Shown in pieces: positions 35,201-47,500 of a DNA stretch of 64,000 nucleotides (position 1 is its first letter; the number at the start of each line of letters is the position of its first letter). The stretch spans positions 3,224,001 through 3,288,000 of the forward strand of contig OX597823.1 in NCBI GenBank assembly GCA_951406725.2, read 5' to 3'. The position numbers were made by a program, and so were the translations under genes. Below the pieces are notes generated by a model. The model had not been told where the DNA came from. It was given only the letters and a program-made list of their open reading frames with translations, and did not search any database. Source of the stretch: Octopus vulgaris (taxonomy: Eukaryota).

Positions 35201-38200
35201 AGTCAAACCGTCCAACCCATGCCAGCGTGGAAAGTGGACGTTAAATGATGTTGACAATGATGATGATGATTATTATTATTACTGTTGATGGGCATTCCAA
35301 GAGTTAGAAATAGTAGAGCAACAAGTAAAATGCCTGGTGGTAGTTACATTCCTTTACATTCTCAGTTATTATTACTAGTAAATCCACCCGTCTACGATGG
35401 AGGCATAAAACGAGGGAAGGAAGTCATAACAGCAGTATGTATTGAGAAATGTGTAAACGGACTTTGATAGATTACTGGGTGATGTCTCAGAGAAATCACA
35501 TTGTTGTTGGTGATACAGCATTCTATTGCAGCTGTATGGCATGTGTTTGCGACTAAGGGACATGTGATGACGTTTCACTCCCGAACTGAAATAAGCTCCC
35601 AGCCTCTGCATCATGAATGGTTATGGGGACCACTCCTAATGAAAGCCAGAGCTTCCTTCGACCACTACATAAAAAGTATTAAGAGAAAAATGTTATTTAG
35701 ATATACTTTTATTTTAGTTGTTTACACTATTTTACACTTGTTTATACCCTTATACATTCAAAGTTCACAAATTTCCTTATTTAAATTATGAACTGTATTC
35801 CTTTCAATAATAATATGATTACAAAACTTCTTTGTAGATGATATTTTCTGTTTGGTTGACACTAATTTTCACATAAAATGCACCATTTGTGATGCCTGAC
35901 TGGCTCCCATACCAGTGGCACATAAAAAGCACCATTCAAGCGTGGTCGATGACAGTACCGGCTGACTGGTCCCGTGCTGGTGACACTTAAAAAGCACCAT
36001 ACAAGCGTGGTCATTGCTAGTGCCGCCTGACTGGCTCTTGTGCCGGTGACACGTAAAAAGCACCATTCATGTGTGGTCGATGCCAGTACCACCTGACTGG
36101 CCCTTATGCCAGTTGCACATCAAAAGCACCCACTACACTCTCTGAGTGGTTGGCGTTAGGAAGGGCATCCAGCTGTAGAAACTGTGCCAGATCAGATTGG
36201 AGCCTGGTGCAGCCATCTAGCTTGCCAGCTCTCAGTGAAACCATCCAACCCATGCCAGCATGGAAAGTAGACGTTAAACGACAACGATGACGATGATGTT
36301 GCTCTACTCATCGCAATGTATGACTGGCTGAGTGTAAACATTGGACTGAGTAAAAATACTCCTACACGATCTAAAGTCTGGCCCGGTGCCTTGTTTGCTG
36401 TGAATGTGTGAGCAGAATCTTTAAGGTTGCAAAATATCAAACTAAGACTTACTTCTCACTGTTCTATGCGAATAGTGTCTGGATGTTCTGGTACTATGGG
36501 TTATTTTGATTGACAGAACTGAGATTTAAACAACAGCCTCTTCGATTAGCTGTTTTGAATCCTGCTCAAGACTGACACACTCCAATAACCACTTCATAAT
36601 CACACACACACACATTATATACTGACACACACTTTTCCCATTTTATTTTCGCTATTAACCATCCTCACGATCCCCTTTATATCTACCATGGGGCCACGAA
36701 CTATATGATGAAAATCCAGAGTTACTCATGGTTGGTGAATTTTTAATAATGCAAAGGGGGTTTATCAATTCAAAAATCGATATCCATGAAATAATCATAC
36801 TTTCTGATTTTTTAATGCTAAAAGCCTTCTTGATGACCATCTTTGTGATCCCCAAAAGTATTGAAATCCTTGGTCCAGCTGTCTGGCCATGAAGAGGGAA
36901 CAAACAGAGAAGGACATAACGCCCATTATAGTAAGACATCAAATCTGCCCCTTTATGATAGGAAATAAAGGGATAGTACCACAAATTTAAACCCTCTAAA
37001 TTCACGAACTGTATGGGGATGGGGACGGAATCCAGGGTTAATTCTCGTCACTGAAATTTTAACAAAAAAAAAAAACGATTTATTAATACAAAATTCAATA
37101 TCCACTAAATAATTATACTTTTTCACATTTTTTTCTGCTAAAAACCTTTCTGATTACCTCTTTTGTAATCCTGAAAAACATCGTGACCATTGGTTCAGCT
37201 GTTTGAGCGTAAAGAGAGAACAGACAGACACAATGCCGATTATAGTAAGATTACTGGTCCAATAAATTGTTGGAAGTTGGCATGAAAATGCCATGCGGAG
37301 GTTTTGGCTTGACATTATGAGTTCAAATCTTGTCACAGTCAACTTTGCCTTTCATCCTTTTAGGATCAATAAAATACTAGTCAAATGCTAGGGTCGACTG
37401 AATGGACCAACCTGCTCCCTCAAAAACTGCTGGCCTTGTGCCATAATAAAAAATTATTATTATTATTGACACAATTGCCCTGAGTTTGTGTGAGGTTTGC
37501 TTGCCAGAGGCTGGGTTCTATAAGAATTCTGCCTTAAGTAAGGGACATAACTCTGTATGGGTCGGTATTTCTTGAGAAAGAACAGCCTCTCCTTCACGAG
37601 TGAATTAATTAAACAGTAAGAAAAGGTGTCTGGCCATGAAGAGGGAAGAAACAGAGGCGGACATAACGCCCATTATTGTAAGATATCAAATCTGCCCATT
37701 TACGATAGGAAATAATCACAAATTTAAACCGTCTAAATTCACGTACTATATGGGGATGGGGACGGAATCCATGCAGCCACGGAAAAGAGTTGTCAAAAAG
37801 ATAAGAAGCCAAAATATAATAATTAAAACTGTGTGTCCTCCTCCTCGCTTACATTCTAACTTTACCTTTCTTCCAATATTAATAAAATACACTCATTTCT
37901 GAAATGTAGGTTCAAATCAATAACAGACTTCTCCCTTACAACTTTGTGCCCTTTTACCAATGTTACCAGATGCTGTTGTAAATAAATCTCTCAATCTGAT
38001 ATTAAAACAAAAAACGTTTTCTCTTTTTCAGATGATGGTACCTGGACTCAATTGTGGTTGGTTACTGATTATCACGAAAATGGTTCACTTTATGATTTTT
38101 TAAACAAGAATGTTATTACAAAACAAGATTTGATCAAAATAGCCCTTTCAATTGCTTGTGGTTTGGCTCATTTGCATATGCAGATATTAGGGGTACAAGG

Positions 38201-41200
38201 TAAGTGTGAACTATGCTGATATCTGAAACTGGGCAGAGGGATAAAAATATGCACCCCATCTCATTTTGCCTTTTTTTTTTTCCTTCTTCAGATTGTAATG
38301 TTTTCACGCCATTTCGAAATTTAACCCCACTCCCTCCTTCTGAGAAAATCTTTTTCTGAAATTGCAATCTTTTTTTACAAAAATTACTCCCCTCCTACCC
38401 CATATTGGAATCTGTAGAGGAAAAACGCAAAATGGGATGGGGTACGTATTGTTCACCTCTGCTTGAAATTGGTAATTAATTTTATTAGTGTTTCATAACT
38501 TTCAGAGAGGTTTGTCAGTTGAGGTGGGCATCTGCGAAGCCAAAATATTGTAAATTCATCCATTGTTGTCCTCAACTGCTTCCTTCTACATAACTCAGTC
38601 ACAATTGTATGGTTTAGAAGTGAATTCTTTGAGCAACTCATCCAACCATTCATTCTAACTCATCCAACCATTCCAACTCATCCAACCATTCATCTGTTTT
38701 TTTTTGTTTTTTTACCAGAGCTAAACCACAACAGTCCTATTTGAAAACTTTAACTCTGAAATAGAGATATTTTTTCCATTCCAGCATATATATTCTTTTA
38801 TTTTGTTTTTACTGGATGCAATCATTAGACTGTGACCATGCTGGAGCACTGCTGGTATTTATTTTAGTCAGAAACATATTTTATTGGAGAGACAAAAGGC
38901 AAAGTGGACCAGAATTTAGTAACTAAGCAAATACCACAAGGTGTTTGGATACACTCTTCTGATTCTGCTATCCACCAGTCATGGGATATTCTAAATGAAA
39001 TTTTAAAAAATTTTTTTCTAAATTTAGACATTTACATATTAGAAGTGTTATTGTTGTTCTTCAAGTCAGCCCTGATTGAACAGAACTATAATCAAAGGCA
39101 TTCCAACCATGATCCTTCAATTTTTGTTTTAGCCACAGTCTACCTAACATTAAACTAGTCAATGCATTCCTCACTTTTCTAAAGATGGAAAGATGTAATT
39201 CAAGGCATTTAAATAAGATTGACATCTGTTTTGTGACATTGTTAAGAATTCATCACTATGTCTACAGAGCTCTTGTAGGCATTGTACTCCACACTGAAAA
39301 ATTTAGAACTGTTTTTATATTTTATCTTAATTATTGTAATTAATAGGTAATTTAGTGTTAATATATTTAACCCTTCTGTTATCATATTTCTAACAAAGCA
39401 TCTTATTTTATTTCAATTGATATTGAAAATAATGAAGAATTTAGCAAAATAACGTTGAAATCATTAAGCTAGTGTTTGGAATGTAAATGAACAGGAAATT
39501 TCGTTGGAAGGTTTTTGAGATCACTTTAAACCAGGAAGTTTGTATCAGAGAACCAGAGGCAGTGTCTGTCAGGTTGGTATCAGAAGGTTAACTTGCAATA
39601 TTGTGAAGCAATCAATGATGTTACCATTTCTTAAGCAAGTGATTCATCTCCCCACAGGCACCTACTGTGAAAGATTGTACTTTGTTGAGGAGGATAAGCT
39701 AAGACCAAAGCATTTCTAAAGTTGCTTTTCAGATTTGCCAGTGAAATGAATAACACCGGTCATTGGTTAATATTGGTTTTTATTTGCTTTCTGACTCCAT
39801 ATTTATTTGTAGTTAGTTTTCTGCATTAAATATGTTAGCACTAAATTATTACCCTGCACGCCATAAGCGAAAACAGGATATTGTAATCACATGTCTTTGT
39901 TAGTCTGTGTGTTTGCAAAATTACTGGAAAACGGCTGAACGGATTTTCATCACATTTGGCAGAAATATTCATTGGGTGAGGGGCTCAAAATGATGATCTT
40001 TTGGTTTGATTATCCTTAAACAGACAGACAGAAAAAAAAAGAAAAGAAAATCGAACTTACAAATTACCTGATAAGCAAGTGGTCACATTATTTTATTCTT
40101 TTATTTGTTTCAGTCATTTGACTGCGGCCATGCTGGAGCACCGCCTTTAGTTGAGCAAATCGACCCCAGGACTTATTCTTTGTAAGCCTAGTACTTATTC
40201 TATCGGTCTCTCTTGCCGAACCGCTAAGTGACGGGGACGTAAACACACCAGCATCGGTTGCCAAATAATGTTGGGGGAGCAAACACAGACACACAAACAT
40301 ATACATGCATATATATATATATATATATACATACACATACACACACATACAACGGGCTTCTTTCAGTTTCGTCTACCAAATCCACTCACAAGGCTTTGGT
40401 TGGCCCAAGGCTATAGCAGAAGACGCTTGCCTAAGGTGCCACGCAGTGGGACTGAACCCAGAACCATGTGGTTGGTAAGCAAGCTACTTACCACACAGCT
40501 GCATTCACTTTCTTTTTCATATGAATTGACCCTTGTCTGCATGTGCGTATATACATGTGCGTATATATGTGCGTATATACATACATAGATATGCGACTGT
40601 GTGTGTGTACAGTGATGGATTTGAGGGTTTCATTTATTTATGACTTGATTTCTTAATTTCACCACAGTATAAATACCTAAAATGGTGATACTTACAAAAA
40701 AAATTTTTTTCAAATCAATCTCACAAATTTCCCAGTAAGCAAGTGGTCATATTAATTTGTTCACTGTCTTTTTCATATGAATCGACCCTCATCTGCGTGT
40801 GTATAAATCACGGTGTACCTATGTGTATATACATGTGTGCGTACATATGTAGATATGCAACTGTTTGTGTGTGTGTGTGTGTACAGTGATGGATTCAAGG
40901 ATTTCACTTATTTATGAGCCAATTTCTTAATTTCACCAGAGTATAAATACCTAAAATGGTGATATTGAAAGGAAATTTAAAGAAATTCAGTTGACTGTGT
41001 AAGCATGGGTAAGCAACACATTGTAAGCCATGCTATAATTTGTGAAATAATTTATCTGCACGCAGGGTATGCATTGCCCCTCCTATGCCATTTTTTTTTT
41101 CATCTACGTTGCACATAGTTTCTCTGAATCATTTGATATCATTAAGGATTGTTTTATTTTCCAGGTAAACCTGCCATTGCCCATCGAGATTTAAAAAGTA

Positions 41201-42477
41201 AGAATATTTTAGTAAAAAGAAATATAACCTGTTGTATTGCTGACTTAGGTAAGTATTGATATCTTGACAGATTAATTTTTTTAGCCATATTCTGCTACCA
41301 TGTTACCATGTTGACATTAAACTACGTTTGTCTCAGTTTTGAAAATAATGTAAAATTTTGTAAATTAACTTTGTCGTTATTAACCCTTTCATCACCTTAT
41401 TCCTGTTGGGGTTGTTGGGAGCTTGTGTCATCAGATGTCATCAGAGGTCCTTTGATGTTTCGTCGATGCTGCTATAATAGCTGGTTAAGTTAATGAATGA
41501 AAGCATATTTCTTGGCTGCAGGAAAAGTAACTGAACCACACCTGCAGACATTTAACAGAAGAATTTATTGCTGTACATAAGACAAACTGTGTTGGTCTTT
41601 TACAGTTAACAACAACAACAACAATTACAGCCTGGGAGAGAGAGACACTTCTCTGAGCTTACAACAAGCTATTGGTGTGGCAACATGCAGCTTGTTCAAC
41701 ATAACTGGAAACAATTGTGCTACATTCATGGTGATGGAGGTTTCTGGTCACATGTCTGCACCACCTGGCTTAGCCATCTTCTTGGGTTGTCTTAGCCCAT
41801 CTTCTTGGTTGCTTGCTTTGGAAAACAGGGAGGGGTTAGTGACAGGAAGAGCGTCTGGCTGTAAAATAATGCCTCTGTTGGCAAGAGAGGAGACGCATAT
41901 TGCTTAGCCACCTTTCAACATTCTTTGATTAATTACTGCCAAAAGTAGCTTTTATAGAGTACAAGAAGGAGATTCTATTGGATTGAATCACACAATAGCT
42001 TCATGCTGATTGGCTGCTTAATAAACCAATCATGTGAAACTATTGTGGTTTGGTTGTGGCACCTGACCAATTACTGAGCAGTTAGGTTTTGAATCATCAC
42101 AACAAAGGATACTGCCTTGGAAAACAGGGAGGGGGGGGTTAATGATAGGAAGAGCACCTGGCTGTAAAATAATGCCTCAATGATTTGTATTCATCCAACC
42201 CATGCTGGCATGAATAAAAAACTGTTGTAAAATAAATGAATGTATGTATGTATGTATGTACGTACGTATATACATGTATATATATATATCTATGTATGTA
42301 TATGTGTATATGTAGGCACAGACAACATGGCTGTGTGGTTAGGAATTTTGCTTTGAACCTACATTGTCTTGGGTTCAGTCCCACTGCACTGCAACTTGGG
42401 CTGGTATCTTTTACTCAGGCCATTCAATAGCTTGAGATTGAATTTGATAGATGGAAACTGTGTAGAAGTCTGTCATA

Positions 42478-42528
<51 letters not shown>

Positions 42529-44521
42529 ATTATGAGTTAGAGGTTATGCGACCGTCTAAGGGATAAACATATCTGTAGGCACTACAGGTGTATTACCTAA
42601 CTATGTATAGGCCTTGTTGTAAGGTTAACAGTAGTTGGTAATTTTATATGGTAAACCGTGGTTTACTATATTCAGATAAGAAAAGAAACGGAACAACAAT
42701 TAACAATTAAAAGTTGATCATTGGTATTAAATGGTCATAGTTTAATACCAACGCTTAACTTCTAATTAATTTTTGCTCCATTTCTTTTCTTATCTGAAGA
42801 TATATATAAACGGCAAAATGTCTGTGTGTGTGTCCTTTATACAAATCCACAATTTTTCAGTTAGAGGGATCGCAATTTCTATGGTCATTCAAAACTGTCC
42901 AAGGGTGGTCATGCACATCTTTACATTTCCCCAGTCACCCCGCAAAGCCATTAAAAAATCAATAGAAGTGACTTTTTTTGTGAATTTTCTATCCAAAACC
43001 CAATCAAAATGCCCGAAACTTGATACGCCAATTGAATGCCAGCTAGCTGTATGTGATTGGTCGGAGATTTGGACAGTACTCGCGTGTATGTGCGCACACA
43101 TGCAGCTGTATATGCATGCACTAGCAGTATGACCTGGTGTTGCCGGGTCATAGGGCTAGTAGATATATTAAAGAGAGAGAGAGAGAGCGATATAACAAAA
43201 TGAAATCAAACCAAATAGAGATATTTTGGAATCGTTTAATTTGTTTCAGGTTTGTGTAATAGGTAAAAGGAAATGCGTGCATTACATAAACCTTCCTCAG
43301 TTAAAACGTTTCAAAAAACTGAGCAAGATTTATGAAAGGGATGCGTGTTTCCTATCATTATTATGCAAGCCTAAAACATAATATTAAATAAGTTCAAAAT
43401 ATCACTTTGGTTTGATTTCCGTGTTACAACTAACACGACTCGATGCCAGTACAGACTGGTCAGTCTTGATTCCACTTATGCAAGGACTCTAACAACAATT
43501 TGGAGTAGTTTATTAAATTTGACTCAAATAAAAAATTCTGGTACTCTGTGCCTTTTCTTAGGGTAACACAACATACATACATACATAACATACATGCATG
43601 CATGTGTGTGTGGATGTGTGATCATCATCATCTAACATCCGTTTTCCATGCTGGCATGGGTTAGACGGTGTGACCAGAGCTGGTAAGCTGCACCAGGTTC
43701 CATAGTCTGTTTTGGCATGGATATGGATTCTATGGCTGGATGCCCTTCCTAACACCAACCTCTTTACAGAGTATTCTGGGTGCTTTTATATGGCACTGCT
43801 CAGGCACTTTCAGGTGGTGTCACACAGGTGCTTTTGCATGGCACCACAACAAGTGCTTTCACCACCAGCAGGATTGATCTTAACACTTCTGCTGCAAGGT
43901 ATAGGCCTTCTTGAGTACAGGTTGGTGCCCGGTAACTCAGTCCCTTGTCATCTTGCCTGAAGGGTTCAGCTTCCCAAAGCTGTTCTTTAGTATTTCACCA
44001 CATGTCTTCCTGGGTCTCCCACTTCCATGTGTTCCATCCACTTTGAGAGATTGGTACTTCTTTATGAAGCTGTCAGCACCCATCCACATCACCTGACCAA
44101 ACATGTATATATATATATATCATCATCATCGTCGTTTAATGTCCGCTTTCGATGCTAGCATGGGTTGGACGGTTTGACTGAGGTCTGGCGAACCAGACTC
44201 CAATCTGATCTGGCAGAGTTTCTACAGCTGGATGCCCTTCCTAATGCCAACCACTCCAAGAGTGTAGTGGGTGCTTTTTACGTGCCACCGGCACGAGGGC
44301 CAGTTTGGTGGTACTGGCAACGGCCACGCCCAAATGGTACTTTTTACGTGCCACCTGCACAGGAGCCAGTCCAGCGGCACTGGTGACGACCTCGCTCAAA
44401 TGTTTCACATGCCACCAGTGCAAGTGCTAGTAAGGTGACGCGGTGACGATCACGCTCGAACGGTGTGCTTAACATGCCATCGGCACGAAGACCAGCTTGT
44501 TGCTCTGGCAATGATCTCACT

Positions 44522-44575
<54 letters not shown>

Positions 44576-47500
44576 TAGAATTTTCTTTCATTTCATTTCC
44601 AGTCTCACGATTGAGATTATGAAATTTAAATAACAGTATGTCAGGTGCCAACTGCAGTAAAGAGACCCACACACACACACACACAATGACAAATGCCTTA
44701 AATTTTCCTTTTTTGCTGACAGGTTTGGCTGTGCGACATGATTCAGAGACCGACAAGATTGATATACCCCACAACACACGGGTTGGAACCAAGCGTTACA
44801 TGGCACCAGAAGCGCTGGATGAAACGATAAATGTTAACCAGTTTGATTCATTTAAACGAGCTGATGTTTATTCGTATGGTTTGGTTTTGTGGGAAACTGC
44901 AAGACGCTGCAATGGGTTTAGTAAGTGTTGTGGGAATTCTTCACATTCATCTCTTCTTTTTTACTCCCCCCTCCCCCCCCCCATGTCTTGCTTTATCTTT
45001 TTCTACTTCTCTCTATCTTTCTCTCACTCTCTCTCTCTCTCCTACTCATTCTCTCTTTCTCTCCTCCACACCACCCTCTGTTTCTTTCTTTACCTCCTCT
45101 TCTTTCTCTTCTCAGTTCCCCTCTTTGTCCATTAACGCAACTCCCTACTCACTTTCACTCTTCCTCTTCCTCTCATTATTAGATGCATTATCACAAACCT
45201 CTCTTCACACTCTCCCCTACAACCTCCTACAGACCTTCTCTGTGTTGCAGAATGCAACATTCTCCTCCACCGCCACCTCCACCACCATTAATATTTCAAC
45301 CAAAGCTACAAAGCACAAAGGGTTCTCTATGTAGCCACTCGGCTTGCTAGAAATAATAGCTAAATCTTTGGCAAATCATGAGAGTGTTTAGAACAAGTCG
45401 TTTACAAAACTTAATACCATACACATTCACCCTCCCCTACCCTCAGTGGTAACCCTTAATCACGGTTTCGATTCCCAGGCCGGGCGTTGTGAGTGTTTAT
45501 TGAACGAAAACACCTAAAGCTCCATGAGGCTCCAGCAGGGGGGGGGGGGTGGCGACCCTTGTTGTACTCTTTCACTCCAACTTTCTCTCACTCTTTCCTC
45601 CTGTTTCTTGTCCCCGACTTCCTACGCAACCGCTGAGCCTGGATGCGCATTCATCCATCCGTCGATGCTCTCGGTGTCGGGGGTTGACCTGCTTTCTCTT
45701 CTGCGCGGGTCTTACGAATTGCAAAGGACCACGTTGCGGACTTCTCCCACTACAAGGACGAAGACCGCTTCGCTCAACAAACAAACAAACAATACTGACT
45801 TCCACATTGAAAATCCAACGACCATCACTACTTTTTCCATAGAAAATCTTGTCCCTCTCCTCAAGCCAGTTTGTTCTTATTTGATTTTTTGGACAACAAG
45901 TGCAGGTGTGGCTGTGTGGCAAGAAGCTTGTTTCCCAAACACATGGTTCTAGGTTCAGTCCCACTGTGTAGAACCTTGGACATGTGTCTTCTACTGTAGC
46001 CTCAGTCTGACCAAAGCTTTGTCAGTGGATTTGGTAGATGGAAGCTGAAAGAAGCCTGTTGTATATGTGTGTGTGTGTCTGAGTTTGTCCCCCACCACTG
46101 CTTCACAGCTGGTGTTGATGTGTTTATGTCCCCATAACTTAGCTGTTTGGCAAAAGAGTCTGATAAAATAAATCCCAGGCTTACAAATAAATACTGGGGG
46201 TCAATTTATTTGATTAAAATTCTTCAAGGTGGTTCCCTCCCCCAGCATGGCTGCTGTCTAATGATTGAAACAAGGAAAGGATAAAAAGAAAAAATAAACT
46301 GTTGTTTAAATTTGTGTTTTTCAGATTATTATTCATCATATGAAGAATATGAGCTGCCATTCTATGACATGGTGCCATCGGACCCAACCCTTGAGGACAT
46401 GAGGAAAGTGGTTTGTGTTGAACGACTCCGCCCTACCATACCTAACAGATGGCACACAAACGAGGTGAGGACTGTTTATGTTAGCACTTGGTAATTATAT
46501 ATCCATTCTGATTCTTCTTCAGTAGAACTGGCCATTTCAACAAATTACCATAATATGTTGCAAATATGAAAACAAGGTTATAGTCTGGAGAAGCATGGGG
46601 TCTGCCAGGTGGACTTAGATGCAAAAACCGACAGAACAACTTCAGGGATTTCTCTGTGAACCAAAAGATTTTAGAGAAACAAAACTAATGTTTATCATTA
46701 ATCTCTCAGAAGAAACTTTTCGCTATATATTGGCTGTTCCTCAAAGATAATTAGTACCATCAGCATCTCTTTATACTAAATTAGTTACTATTTAACCCTT
46801 TAGCATTTAAACTAGCCATATCTAGCTTGAATATCCTACCTGTTTTATGTTGAAACAGGCCAGGTCTGGACTTTCACACCTTCCCTTTAATTTCATTCTA
46901 AATATGAATAATCATACTGAAATCTTGAACAAAATTAAATTCGATGACTGGCGTCCGTGCTAGCAGGGTGCAAAGAGCACCATACGAGTGTGATCATTGA
47001 CAGAGTGGCTAACCGGCTTCCGTGCCAGTGACACTTAAAAGGCACCATTCGAGCGTGATCGTTACCAGCGTCGCCTTACTGGCACTCGAGCTCCGTGCTT
47101 GTAGGGTATTAAGAGCACCATCCAAACGTGATCGTTGCCAGAGCAGCTATCTGGCCTCCGTGCTGGTGGCACGTAAAAGACACCATCCGAGCGTGATTGT
47201 TACCAGCATCGCCTTACTGGCATCTGTGCCGGTGGCATGTGTAAAAGATTCGAGTGAGGTCGTTGCCAGTACCGCCTGACTGGTCCCGTGCCAGTGGCAC
47301 GTAAAAGCACCCACTACACTCTTGGAGTGGTTGGCTTTAGGAAGGGCATCCAGCTGTAGAAACTCTGCCAGATCAAGATTGAAGCCTGGTGCAGCAATCT
47401 GGTTTGCCAGACCTCAGTCAAACCATCCAACCCATTCTAGCATGGAAAGCGGACGTTAAACGATGATGATGAGGATGAGATAATGCATAATTAATTCAAA

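Noticed and set aside
46935-47330. CRISPR-like look of regularly spaced palindromic units
   Set aside because: The intervening segments are themselves repeats of each other, the array is part of an RTE 3'UTR, the context is eukaryotic, and there are no cas genes.
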